From NCBI GenBank assembly GCA_950097015.1, contig CATNEN010000009.1, forward strand, positions 1,302,001-1,366,000: a stretch of DNA of 64,000 nucleotides. The letters run 5' to 3'. This DNA is from Macrostomum hystrix. Lineage: Eukaryota; Animalia; Platyhelminthes. This document shows, in pieces, positions 37,768 through 49,832 of the stretch; within the stretch, counting starts at the first letter, position 1; each line of letters starts with the position of its first letter. A program made the position numbers and the translations under genes. Under the pieces are notes generated by a model that saw only the letters and a list, made by a program, of their open reading frames with translations, did no database searches and had not been told where the DNA came from.

Positions 37768-38429
37768 CCGCGCAAGCAGCCCCTGATCCCGCGGATGCCT
37801 CGTCGCCAAACGCGCCTGGCAGCAACGATGACTCGCCACTTTCCGAGCTGCTGCCCCAGCTGAGCGGTCGTCAGACGGCGGTCCTCGGAGTCTCGGCCGG
37901 CATGGCCGTCCTGCTGGCTGCGCTGTCCGCTGCCGGCTGCGTCCTGACCCGGCGCTGGCTGAGCGGCCGAAGGCGTCGCGCGGAGGAGCACCTGGCCCGC
38001 GTGCGCCTCGGCAAGCAGATCCCGCCGCCGGCCACCTGCCTGCTGATCCCACCGGCTGAGACATTGCTGAAGCTGCCGTCGCCCCACGGAGGCTCCGGAG
38101 GGAGCAGCGGCAGCAGCAGCGGCGGCGCGCACACCGTCAGCGTCTGCCTCAGTCAGCTGGGCTCGCCGCCTCGGTGCGGCTCCATCGACGGCAGCGGCAG
38201 CGGCAGCGGCGCCTGCGGCTCAAGCGGCGTTGGCGGCGGCAGCTCCAGCGATCGACAGTCGACTTCGACGTCGACCTTCCTAATGGGCGGCGGCTCCGCG
38301 GCTTCCCGAGCTGGCTCGCTGCCCTCTCCCAGGGAGTCGCTGGCGACCTACTCGCTCCAGCAGCACCAGTGCACGTCCTCGGTGCTGGAGGAGCAGCTGG
38401 GGCCGCAGCAGCTGCTGGGCATGATCTGA
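37768..38429 (+). CDS. EVA1C: EVA-1-like exon 6 (TM helix and cytoplasmic tail)
   Basis: cccacag|; AVLGVSAGMAVLLAALSAAGCVL followed by the basic stop-transfer segment TRRWLSGRRRR; Ser/Gly-rich tail; TGA at 38427. The exact acceptor could be 12 nt downstream. Confidence 0.75.
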
Positions 38430-39319
38430 ATGAGACACCTGAGCTCAGAATCGGACAAGTGCCCCCCTCCCTGTCAGGTCCAGCCGGCAGCAAAGCAGTT
38501 TCTGCAGACGGAATCTGCAGTTATCACGCTTTTCTTATTTCTATGTGATCTTTGCCGTGATTTTATCACGACTATTTATTTTTGCCACTCATCGTTTTCC
38601 TGTCGGGCGGTTCGCTTCTCTGTCTCTGGCCGGTCTTTGACTGGGCAGAATTTATGTAGAATGTACAGCTCACGACACTGCCGCTTCAGGAGTGTAAATT
38701 GTATTGTGTAAATGCTATTTGTAATTTCAATTAGTACACATCGAGTCACAAAATTGTGAGCGCGTTTACTGCCAGTTTTTATAAAAGCTGTACAGACTAC
38801 TTAATACGGTTGAGCAGTAGTGCGTTCAGAATGTGCTTATGAATTCGTATTTGATTGAAAAAATTAAAACCAGAAAGTTTAAATAAAACTCAGCTGGAAG
38901 GCCAAAAGAGAACTGCGGTGAGTTAACTTGCATATTTAATGAACACTTACACATTCACCAATAATAGAAGCACACGATTCAGCTTTGCCCAGAATTGTTT
39001 CTGATGCCACTGATAAATGAATCGCAGTAGATGTTGGAGATTCCCAAATGAAAATTCACCTGGAAAGTCGTTTATGAACATGCCCTAGCATTTTTTGGCA
39101 ACCATTTTTTAAGTTGACTGAAAATTGCGCAGGACTCGATAAGAGACAGACCTGTAAGTAGGAAGCAGCTACCACCCACAACAATTTTTTCTGAGTGTTA
39201 CCGGTTAGTTACACCGGTAAATTATCAGAAAATTTGTGCACAAAAATTAATCAAATTAGAGACGTGCAACAGAAAATTCTTTCTTTACCACATTTACAAA
39301 CAAACCTGAGTAGCAATGT

Positions 39320-39770
39320 CCAAGTGTCAGTGAGTCAGTGTCAGTGAGTCAGGATGTTAGAGTCAGTTAGTCAGAGTATCAGTGTCAGTTACTCAGGGTG
39401 TCAGTGTCAGTGAGTCGGAGTGTCAGTGTCAGTTAGTCAGGGTGTCAGTGCCAGTGAGTCAGGGTGCCAGTGCCAGTTAGTCAGGGTGTCAGTGTCAGTG
39501 AGTCAGGGTGTCAGTGTCAGTGAGTCGGAGTGTCAGTGTCAGCTAGTCAGGGTGTCAGTGTCAGTGAGTCGGAGTGTCAGTGTCAGTTAGTCAGGGTGTC
39601 AGTGCCAGTGAGTCAGGGTGTCAGTGCCAGTGAGTCAGGGTGCCAGTGCCAGTTAGTCAGGGTGTCAGTGTTAGTGAGTCAGGGTGCCAGTGTCAGTGAG
39701 TCAGGGTGTCAGTGTCAGTGAGTCAGGGTGTCAGTGTCAGTGAGTCAGGGTGTCAGTGTCAGTTAATCAG
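39320..39770. repeat. Degenerate ~22-bp repeat directly after the vigilin-like stop codon
   Basis: gtcagtgagtcagggtgtcagt variants. Confidence 0.88.
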
Positions 39771-39782
39771 GGTGTTATGTTG

Positions 39783-40028
39783 TTAATTCTTTGTCACGGC
39801 CCGCCCGATTTCTGGAAAATGCTCGTCGAGGTCGCCACCCTCCCAGGATGGTCGCCGAGCAACGGCAGTTGGCGCAGTTTCAAAATTCGATGGCTCCTCA
39901 GCTTCTGCCGTGTGCTGCCTACGCCGACGCCGCTCAGCCAGGCCATCTGTGACATCGTCGACACGCCGCTGTAGGCGGCTACAGGCGGCCTCCACTATGG
40001 CTCGTGTGACGCCGCGAACAGTCAGCAC
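39783..40028 (-). CDS. HDLBP: Vigilin-like KH protein, exon 8
   Basis: ctcag|GTG; VLTVRGVTRAIVEAACSRL completes the last KH domain; stop TAA. Confidence 0.75.
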   Translation of the reverse strand: MLTVRGVTRAIVEAACSRLQRRVDDVTDGLAERRRRRQHTAEAEEPSNFETAPTAVARRPSWEGGDLDEHFPEIGRAVTKN

Positions 40029-40138
40029 CTGAGTTAAAGGGATTGAAAGGGATGACTGAATATTGTGCCTATCTCTCTCTGTTTAGTGTGAATCTCGTAC
40101 GATTTTAGTCCCAGTAGAAATTAAAAAGTCCAGCTCAC

Positions 40139-40230
40139 ATGCTCAGCCGGCTCTGCGCTAGTTTTATTCGGTAAATCGACGCTGACTCGGAAATGCCTGG
40201 TGAATCTATTAATCAGACGGCCGCCGCGGC
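40139..40230 (-). CDS. HDLBP: Vigilin-like exon 7
   Basis: aacag| and |gtgag; completes LIG-RGGRLINRF (GxxG loop); not in the ORF track. Confidence 0.78.
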
Positions 40231-40506
40231 CTGTTAATTTTCATTTTTTGGTTTGCAAATTCGTCTACTGCCGCTGATAGTAGGATAATGCGAACATATA
40301 AACGAAATTAAAACAAGAACTGTTCAGATACACATTCCAATCAAGCTAAAATCCCCAATCTCAAGCTACGCTCGTAGCTCCAGTCTAAAACAAGCTGTCA
40401 CCCCATGATTCACTCCAGCATTCAAACAGGCATTTTTAGCAGCCACAATCTTTCACACCAGCAGCCACTGCGGCAGAATTTCGGTACCACTCTGGCAGTT
40501 ACAAAC

Positions 40507-41120
40507 CAATCAAATACGGGAGGGCCTGCCGTGGCACAACCAGCTCTTTAGTCACTTCGCCATCTCCGCCGTCCAGTTTTTCGAGCGAGAACTCAGCCAT
40601 CAGCCGCTCGAACTCAGCGCCGACCGCTGCTGAAGTCTTCTCGTCAACAACCAAGACTTCGACGATTCCGGCAGGAGTCGCGGGTGGCAGACGAAGGCGT
40701 GCACCAAGTCGCTGGCTGGCGGAGCGCAGAGACGTCAGCAATGGGCCCAGGCGGTGCGGAGCGCCGTCGGGCAGCCGAAAAGCCAACCGTCGCGGAGTGG
40801 ACGTCAGGATATTCAGCAGGGCCTGGTGAGCCAGTGTGCATTGGTCGGGCAGGCCGAAAATAGTTGCAGTCAGCAGCAGGTCTTTCGAGTTCGCCTTGCG
40901 TGTCCAGTCGCCGGCGCCGCTGTCAACATGCGGAAGCCGGATGGCAACGTCGTGCAAGTCGCAGACGGCGTAGAGCCGGCCAGGATTGGCGGCCAGCTGG
41001 CGAACCTGCGCGGGCAACAGCGGCAGCGGCATCGCGACTTGGGCGGCGAGGTTGTCGAGCAGCTCGCGGATTTGAGCAGCGGCTGTGGCCACGTCGGCTG
41101 CCGCGCCGAGGACAGACGCT
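40507..41120 (-). CDS. HDLBP: Vigilin-like exon 6
   Basis: ctaag| (phase 2) to |gtttgt (phase 1); degenerate KH repeats. Confidence 0.75.
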
Positions 41121-41224
41121 CTTAGGATGGAGGTTGAGTTGGTGGGCGCATATTTTCTGTCTATCCCACAAAGCTTTCTGCCCGTCACAGTTCCCGCCTC
41201 TCAATTCCCCAGTCTCAGTCTCAC

Positions 41225-41655
41225 TGATCTTCTCCCAGCTGAATCATGACGCCGTTGCACCGGTCGCTGATGTCAGCCAGTCTGTGTTCCAGCCCCCACT
41301 CCGGCATCGACTGGCGAAGGCGATGCCAGTCCATCGGCACCCGGGCCTCCGCCAGCGGCTCCAATGAGCTCAGGCGTTGAGCCAAGACACGCCTAGCCGA
41401 CTGTGCCAGCTCGGGCGAGTCGGCAACCGCGTGGATGCTGGCTCGGCTACCACCAGGCACCGGCGGAGGGCGGACGACAAAGCGGACGCAACCGCTGTCA
41501 ACGAGACGGCGGGTCGCAGTGTTGCAGCTGCGGCCAATGAGGAACGGCAGAATGTTGGGCGGTGCCTCCAGCCGGGTTTCGCATGCAGCGGCATCTCCGC
41601 AGACGCTGGCAGGATCGCCGTATCGAACACGCGACTGCTGCAATTGCTGATGTTG
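41225..41655 (-). CDS. HDLBP: Vigilin-like exon 5
   Basis: atccag| to |gtgaga; ILPFLIGRSC. Confidence 0.7.
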
Positions 41656-42558
41656 CTGGATTGGACGCAGGAAAAGTTGAGGGTTACAGTTGTCAAATGC
41701 TTTCAGTACGCTTTACTGACACACAAATACACTCAATAATGCTTTTCTGCATATAACAAAAATTTCCAACCAATCGCCATAAAAACCCAGAAAACGGCTA
41801 AAATTTTCCACTCTATTCAATGAAACAACTTCCAGAATCCCAAAACATCGGCATCGTCGAGATATTCAACGATTCTCGTCGGAGGGTCTGGTGGCAAAAA
41901 CTAAAGTTTTTGAGTTTTTCTGCTCACAAAATTTCGTCGTGCAACAATTTCGGCTGTTATCTCTGATTCTTTTTGATTCTTTTTTATCAATATGGATTCG
42001 CCGTGGCTTAAACAAAACAATGTTACTTGTTCTTGTACCAGGTTCTTCGACAAGATATTCTTCTGAATATCTTGGCGATGCTGACTCGACGGCTTTGAAA
42101 GTTAGTTCATCGTAGCTCGAAAAGGGCGGAAAGTTTTGGTGGACTTTCCCTAACATCAGTCATTCGGTTTAGTAGCTACCGTGAAGTTGCTATTTGATAT
42201 ACCCCCAGTGGTCTTTCACCAAAGGGAAAAACATTTCTTTCTACAGCAAAGGTCTTACCAAATCTAGGTTTAGTTGTTCGCCTTCATCATTCTCTGGTGC
42301 GAGCTTCGTTAAGTCTGGCTGAAGCTCTGGCAGACCCTCCGCTGTTTCGCAGTCCGCCGAATCTTTCAAGTTTTTCTCTCCTCGGAGCTTATTTTGAAAA
42401 GCAGACTCAACTACACCAACTGCAGCGGAATACGATGTCATCACCGATTGAAGGTCAGACAGGAAGTGCTATAGGAACAGGGGTTCAGGTGGTGCAGGTA
42501 CTGCAACATCTTTCTTCATTATTTTCTGAAAATTATAGTATTAAACGCCTCCTTTCAC

Positions 42559-42879
42559 CTGAAGCCTTAGCTGCACCATCTCGACGCCGTCTTGAGGACC
42601 TTCAACGATCACCAGCTGCTCTTCCGTCAGCAGTCGAACCCGAACACCGGCTGGGCAGCCAGCTAGGATTCGCTGAAGCTGGCAGCCTTGCCGCCCGACA
42701 ATGTGCCGGTGGGTCCAGGACGGTGCCGTGAGCAACACGGTGGCGAAGGAGGCCGCCCTGGCAAGCAGCTGGCTGACTGCCCTCGGGAGGCCGACGGCCG
42801 GGCCCCACAACAGCACCGACTCGGATGGGTCGGCAATCGGCGGCACCGACAAGGCGATGCCGGTGGACTTCAGGATGGC
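42559..42879 (-). CDS. HDLBP: Vigilin-like exon 4
   Basis: AILKSTGIALSVPP...APSWTHRHIVGRQG matches recalled vigilin EILERTGVSVEIPP...APSWLHRFIIGKKG. Confidence 0.88.
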
Positions 42880-43648
42880 CTAGGAGAGGATAGTGAGATG
42901 GGGCTGAGATCGTGAGAGGTAGATTGTAGCGATTATAGCCATTGTTTACTAAAAGAAGAGTAGTCCTGTCATGCCGCCTGAAAATCCTAATAAATCACAG
43001 AAGCGCAAGAATGTCGTAAAATCTGTGTGATTGTCATGGGTAGCGAATTCTGTCAGGTAAAGCCAATTCCGTAGCCAATAAAGAAGCAAGCCAATTGCTT
43101 TTGACGTGGGAGACTAGCTCGTTAGTCGATCTGCAGGGGTAGGGCTTGGAGCATGGCTCACCGGAAGCAGGTTCCATGGAACAATTTATGAACTCAAGAT
43201 CAATTGCTTGGCCAATTCTGTATCTCAAATGTGCTCTAAAAAGCTGACAACTGCAAAAAAAGGTCAGATTAGAGCAAAGAAAAGCACAGAGCTTGGCGTG
43301 CGATCTTGGCGTGTGTACACACGCGTCTTTACATATACGCTTCAATGAGGGCAGATTTTCAGTTAGTTGAATATTTAACTAATTTACTTTCAATTGAACG
43401 TACTGTGAATCTTAATAGCATTAAGCGACGGCTCTGGTTCTTCTGGTTTGATGTCGCATCTCCTAGGGGAAGCCAAGCCAGCAAGAGCGCCAAAGCTACT
43501 GGAACCCTAACCCCTAATCCAAGCCCATACCGCCAGGCTAGACTAAGTCCGAACCTTAAGAACATTGAATTTGATGTTGCGAGCGAATGGTGAGCAGCAC
43601 CCGAATGCTTAATTGGAGTATTCTGAATGCATAAATATCCTGAGTGAC

Positions 43649-44050
43649 CTGCAAAACGCAGCTCCTTGGTCCGATAACGTGCCGATGCAGCGATTTCGGG
43701 ACCTCCACGCTGACTGTTTCGTAGCCGAGGCTCTTGGCTTGTTGGTAAGCTGACAGAACCGCATCGGCTGCCTGCGCCACCAACTGCAGGTCATTGCCAG
43801 ACAGTTGGACAGACTGCGGCTTATCCTGGGGAAGGCTGATAGCTACGCCGCTGTCACGGGCGATCTCGTCAAAGCGGTCAGTCAGAGCGGCGCGAATGTC
43901 CCACTGTAAAGTTAGACGCAGAGTGACGCCCTGACAGTCAGCCTGCAAATGGTAGATCTCTGCGACGGCATTCTTGGCCGCCTCTACCGCCTGCTCGGAG
44001 CCAGAGAAGAGGATTCGGTCTTGATCATCACTGTCTGATGGCAGATGCAT
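43649..44050 (-). CDS. HDLBP: Vigilin-like exon 3
   Basis: TVSVEVPKSLHRHVIGPRS matches recalled vigilin TVSVEVKKSQHKYVIGPKG; canonical splice sites. Confidence 0.88.
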
Positions 44051-44274
44051 CTGAAAAAAGCAGCGATAAATTACTCGTTTTCTTAGTGACGCGCCTCGCT
44101 AGATATGCGATCAAGCGGCATTGTGAGAGTTTTGCTTCGACGCGAGATTATGGATTTCGACTTTAAGCTCTGTACTTCAGACTTTAAGATTCTTTGATCA
44201 TAAGAATCAAGAGTAGTAACCGAAGTGAAAGGGTAAATAATTATTCTCATCAACAAACAGATTCAGAGCCAGAC

Positions 44275-44565
44275 CTTGCAGTAGTCCGGTAGTTCTAGTT
44301 CGTTGACTATAAACTTGTGCAGCGGACGCGGAACTACGACCCCTGCTAAACAAGGCTTTCGCAGACGTCGTCGAAGGTCGCTAACCGCGGCGCTGACACT
44401 CTCAGCCAGCTGGCCCGCAACCAGCAGTGTCAGGCGTTGCGACTCTCCGCTTGACAGGCTGAGCTTTTCAACACGAACACCGAATTGGGACTCGACATCG
44501 CTGAACACGAGACTATCTGTGCCTGGTGCAGCGAGCAGCCGCTGATCCTCCGGAATGTCTATGAT
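44275..44565 (-). CDS. HDLBP: Vigilin-like exon 2
   Basis: cctgcag|; IIDIPEDQR...LTLLVAG...VVPRPLHKFI resembles the vigilin N-terminal KH repeats. Confidence 0.78.
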
Positions 44566-44679
44566 CTGCAGGTGTATTTAGACCCTGAATGCAGTGAATC
44601 AGTCTAAGACCTATGGTATTGTGCAAAAATAGTATTGTGTGGTATTGTGCAAAGGTACCTTAGCCATTTGCTGAGGTAC

Positions 44680-44808
44680 CTTGGTAACTAGAAGATTTCT
44701 TCCTCGACTGTCGTGTCCATCTGAATTTTCCGACATGCAGCCAATGCGTGAAACTTGATCGCCTCTCCGAGCATGCACCGCTTCTTCGATAGAATTCTCT
44801 TGGTCCAT
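44680..44808 (-). CDS. HDLBP: Vigilin-like exon 1
   Basis: ATG at 44808, donor AAG|gtac, phase 0. The 8-exon model totals 2526 nt, 841 aa. Symbol indicates family only. Confidence 0.55.
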
Positions 44809-46419
44809 AACTGATTAGCGAGCTGGAGATGAGAATTTAAGTTCAAATACAACGTAGCGCCAAGAAAATGGAATAGTGTAAAGTAGTAAGCAGTATTACA
44901 GCACCATACATTATTTATCATGCAGCTGCAGAAAGGTGCAAATATATCACAATAATGATTTATTTTAATAGAAAATATAGAAAAAAAGATAATTATAGCT
45001 TAATTAATTAATAAAAGATTAACAGCTAATATCGTTTTTTTCTAAAATCTATCTTTGAGTTCCTAGATAGTAAGACATATAGAAAAATTTCATTAGTGAA
45101 TAGGTGAATAGGTGGATAGTGGGTGAACCAATAATATATACCTTTATTCATAACCTCCTTTTTGTTTTTAACCTGCTGCACGCAAAAAAAGGAATGAATA
45201 TAGTGAATTATAGAGAAGATTTAGAATACTTATATTTACAGGTTTTAGAAAAAACATTTTAATTAACTTCCCTCAGCCATAGTTATTTAGGTTTAAAATC
45301 ACTTCAATACTTAAAAATGCTACCTGGAATTTGTCACTTTGTGATATGCAATTACCGTAGTAAAACGATGAGGATCTAAGTTTAAATTAAAAAAAAAATG
45401 TTGATCTGTCCTTGCCTTCGGTAGCTGCACTCTATTCAAACAAAAGAGAATAAATTGGAAACGATGTATTTTAGTTTGCGAAAATATTATATTTTAGCTT
45501 GTGTAGCCCAAAAGAGCAAAATACTTTTTTATACTGTAAAATGTTATTTAAGGCTATTTGATATCACAACAGGATCATAAGATTTTTACTTTTTGTTTAA
45601 CCGCACGCTTCCGGGTTGACAGGAACAAAAAAATCACGCCGTACTTCCATGTGCACTGAAGTATAGGTTAACAGAATTTTCATGCGAAGCTGTAGGGCTC
45701 TCTCTGTACCAGTTCTAGCGATTATTAATTAAGAATATTACTTACAAAAAAATCCGGAAAATTTTTAATTTCGAAAACGAAACAAATTTTTTTTTGCACT
45801 TCTACTCGTATTATGTTGTCCGTTTTTAACTACTGCGATAACCGCCAATAAGACTATTACCCAACTGAACTGAAATATATGTAATTTTTTAATACGAGGT
45901 TGTAGATGATTGCATGATGTATTTAGTAGCTAAACTGCTGCCGTGTCACTTGCAGAATCCAGTCTGAAAGAGCTTTATGACAGGTGTGCTAGCTACAGCT
46001 CATTAAATTTTCCCCTTCTCCTTAATAACAATTCGAAAACCTTCGAACAATTCGAGCCAAATAAATTATACCCAATTATACATGAAGTGCCATACGCGCT
46101 GCCACCAGCTGCCACGCGCTACCACCAGGCCCAATTTTACGAAGCACCGATCACGGGTAATTTACCAGTCAGATTTGGTATTCCAAATCAGAATTTTTTA
46201 AAGCGTCGATTGAATACCAGCTATCAACCATTGATCACCATAGATAATTTTCGCTTTGCAAATAGCAAAATCTGGTTATACGAAGCTCTGCTTAGTTACC
46301 AATGGTAAGAAGTCACAGATTAAATCAAGCTTAGTTTTAATCCACCCTTAATGTAGGATAAATATCTATAGATAGTTGCTATTTCATGATCATGGATCTT
46401 CTCCATTTATGGAATGTCA

Positions 46420-47417
46420 ATGAAGGACGTACATCGCTCACAAAGAGTCTACATCCGAAAAGACTTCTTCGATGGCGACAGTGATTTTCTCAACGCTTCC
46501 AATTGAACAGAAATACATTTGAGGAGCTGGAGCGGCTGGAGCGGCTGATCGGACCTGTGCTGCAACAACAAACTCTTCGTAGCTACACCCTGACACCGAC
46601 ACAGCAAATCCTAACGGCATTGTGCTACTACGCCACAAATTCATTCTACCATTTGATCAAGGACGCGCATGGACCGTCCGAGGCAACTGTTTGTCAGGTC
46701 GTAAAGCGTGTCACCCGTGCTCCCAATGAGACTCTTTTTCAAGATTATGTGGACTGGCCCCAGCAAGGTGTTGAGAATCTTGCCGTAGAATTTTTCCAGC
46801 TGGGGGAATGCCTAGCATCTGCGGTGCTGTAGACGGAACGCTGATCAACATTCGCACTCCATCCGAGAACGAGGCCCAGTTCGCAGACAGAAAGGGAGGG
46901 CATTCGCTTAATGTAATGGTGGTCTGTGGACCTCAACATTAACTGTTTTACGTGAACTCTTCGTGGCCTGGAAGTGTAAAAGATGCACGTGAGCTACGAA
47001 ACTCTAATCTCTTTACCAGTTTTGAGCGAAACGGCTTCTGTTTTTTTCCTGGGTGTGTCCTACTGGGAGATTCAATTTATTCATGTCTTTAGTGGTTGAT
47101 TCCGCCTGTTCTGCGAAACAACTTGACTCCAGGGGAGATTCGGGTCAATTCAGCTCATCGACGCACATGTAGCCATTGGTCTGCTAAAAATCAGATTCCC
47201 GTGCCTGCGGTTGCTGAGGGTTAAAGGACCGGATTACGCCGGAGAAATTGTAAAAGCCTGTTCAGTGCTGCAAAACCTGTGCATCGTTCGAGAAGGTGCC
47301 ATTGCTGACGGCGTGGTTCTGCAGTACTTTGAAGAAGTAGAGAATTTTGCTATCGGGGAGAATGGTGTTCAGCAAGACTTTACGTGGCGCGAGCAGCTCG
47401 TGGCTTTTTTCCAGTGA
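46420..47417 (+). pseudogene. Degenerate Harbinger/PIF (DDE_Tnp_4, HARBI1-like) transposase
   Basis: LTPTQQILTALCYYAT, GAVDGTLI, RKGGHSLNVMVVC, WPGSV, LLGDS, RFPCL and ACSVLQNLCI spread across several frames with stops. Confidence 0.85.
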
Positions 47418-47986
47418 CATCGTGAAACAGATTTTGATCCGAATTGTGACTAACTCTATCCACGTAATTTATCGTTCAAGCGACTCAATGTAAACTACGA
47501 GAAGCATTAAGTATTGAGTATGCTGGTATGCTGGTATCGAGTTGCACTACCAATCTCTGCGACTCAATCCAACTGCACCAGCGTTTGGCCCAACCGAGGA
47601 GCCATCCATGCCATCAGCATCAAGCCCGGTGGTGGAGCCGGCTACTGCCGGCGGTGACAACGAAATGGATTGGTGAGTGCTAAATGCTTAACGATTTAGA
47701 AAGTCAAGTCAAGGAGTGATTTTCATAGAACCAGCACAATTTTTCTTTTTATGTTTAAATGGGTTCATTTTTCGAAGACAGAAGCTATTTTTATGCCATA
47801 ACTGTTTATTGACATGCAGCACCGGATCGCGTCTTATGCATCGTCATTACTTTATCAGCTTGCATAAAAATATTAAAGTAAAGTAAGTAAAGCAAGTAAA
47901 CGTTAGAACTCATAAAAAATTAAGTTTAAACTGCACTTGTCCAATTCAATCATACATTTATCCTCTGTCCACGCAGTGGTGACGAC

Positions 47987-48590
47987 ATGGACGGGCAGGA
48001 CTTCCTGCTGACGGCTCAGATGGGCCACAGTACCCTGGGACGCATGAGCATGATGTGCAGAAACTGCGGTGCCCTGCGATGGAAGTCGGAATCCCCGAAC
48101 ATGTGCTGCGCTGAGGGAAAGGTCAGGCTTCTTAAACGCTCCGTGCCTCAACTTCTGACGGACCTGTACACCGGGCGGCACCCTTTGAGCTCGGAATTTC
48201 TGAGCAAGATCCGCAGCTACAACTCCGTGTTCCACATGACATCCATTGTAGCGAAGCTGCGGCATCAGAGAGGATGGTGCCCTAGCTTTATCATCAATGG
48301 CCAAGTCCACCATTTCCGGGGTCTGCTGCTGGCTGATTCATCGGAAGCACCACGAGGTTGGCAGGTGTATTTCTCCGACCAAGAGCTGACTAACCGTCTT
48401 CGGTTGGATCGCGACCTGAATATGGAGCTGCTGCGCTTGCTGCAGGGCCTGCTGCACGAGAGAAACTCCTATGTTTGGAGTCTCCGAGCGGCTGCCGGCT
48501 GTCGAGCGGATTCAGTGCGACCCTGAGCTAGGAGACGGCCGCCTCGTGATTCGACCGGACAGGCGGCCATCCGGCGAGCATGTTCGGTGA
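47987..48590 (+). mobile_element. Helitron Rep/helicase N-terminal fragment
   Basis: CRNCGALRW.SE...CCAEGKV, IRSYNSVFHMTS, FIINGQVHH and a later RPSGEH (frameshifted) match the Helitron Rep N-terminus; no HUH or PIF1 part seen. Confidence 0.8.
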
Positions 48591-49832
48591 GTTTGAGAGC
48601 ATTGATGAAATGAATGTCCCTTTGTACGGGATATGCAACAATTTTTTAACCATTATACCCCAACCCGCCGTGATGTGATTATCGAGCTCCGCGGCGGTAG
48701 CACTCAGCCGATCTCAGATATCCATCGCTCCTGCTGAGTAAGGTCATTTCGCATCCGTTTCCCACTTACAGCTAAAATAAAAAAAAGGCTTTTTTCAAAA
48801 AAGTTTTTTTCACGCATCGGCTCTCGCTGCCTGCCACGCATCGGCTCTCGCCTGCCGGCTATGCATCGGCTCTCCCCTGACGCCGCCGCCGACGCCGCAC
48901 CGGCTCTCGCTTGCTTCCCACTCACCGGCTCTTGCCTGCCTGCCACGCACCACGCTTCAAAACATACTTATGAGGGGCCTCGCCGAAGTCGCCGACATAG
49001 TTGAGCCCGCCCCTTTAGGGGCTCAAATCTTATGCCCACTTGGTAAATTTTCCAAGTGCGTAAGCATCAAATTGGGCTCTGCGAATGTGCGGGACCGTCT
49101 GTGTCCATGCCTGTGGCGCGTTTTTCCGGAGGGCGCCCATTGGGCGGCGCCGCAGACCTACAGCTTCGGCGGCGGAAACAGCGTAAGCTGTAATTTCTTA
49201 TTCTGGTATTCATGAAGCCATATTGGTAACACTGCCTTATTTGTAAATGTACCAAGGCAGTAAATGTGCTCGGTTGTACATAGCTGAGCGTCATGCTATA
49301 TAGAATTAACACAATTTTTCGCCACGCTGTTTCTAAATAACAGCCCCATGCTGTTTTTATTATAGTGCGCCATGCTGTTGCTTGTTCTGGTGCCAGTGCC
49401 ATGCCGTTTCTTATTACAGTGCCATGCTGTATGTAAAAGCTTGGCGCCAGCTATCGTAAAGTTAAAGTAAAGGGAAGCAAAACTCTCCTACTGGTTATTG
49501 CTTACCCTTCTGAGGGTCCCACTGGAGTCGTAGAGTGCCCTGACGAACAGCGAAACTACCCTAGAGGCAAACCCTAGGAGTTTCTGTGCAATTGTGGTTT
49601 AGCTTAGCTTCCATGTGCCCTGAAAAGCTGCTTCTAAGGGCTAATTAGTAATTGAAAGCAGAAGTCCGAATTATGCCGAATCCGAAATATTTACTTTTTT
49701 ATTTTAACCGCATTGATTTTTGTCCCAGAAGGCCACTGGTAAAGTCGATTAAGATTTCTCCCGGTCTGGGAGGTAGTAACGGGCAGGTAGTTGTGCTCTA
49801 GGTTGTCACATAGCTGGGCGCCCTGCTATATA

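Noticed and set aside
43500-43525. ccctaa telomere-like motif
   Set aside because: Only two imperfect units; not an interstitial telomeric array.
45943-46308. 121-aa ORF
   Set aside because: Non-ATG start in the track, AT-rich, no recognisable motif or splice support.
49540-49555. Hammerhead ribozyme-like core CTGACGA...GAAA
   Set aside because: Stem II does not pair, and no stem I partner follows a valid NUH triplet.
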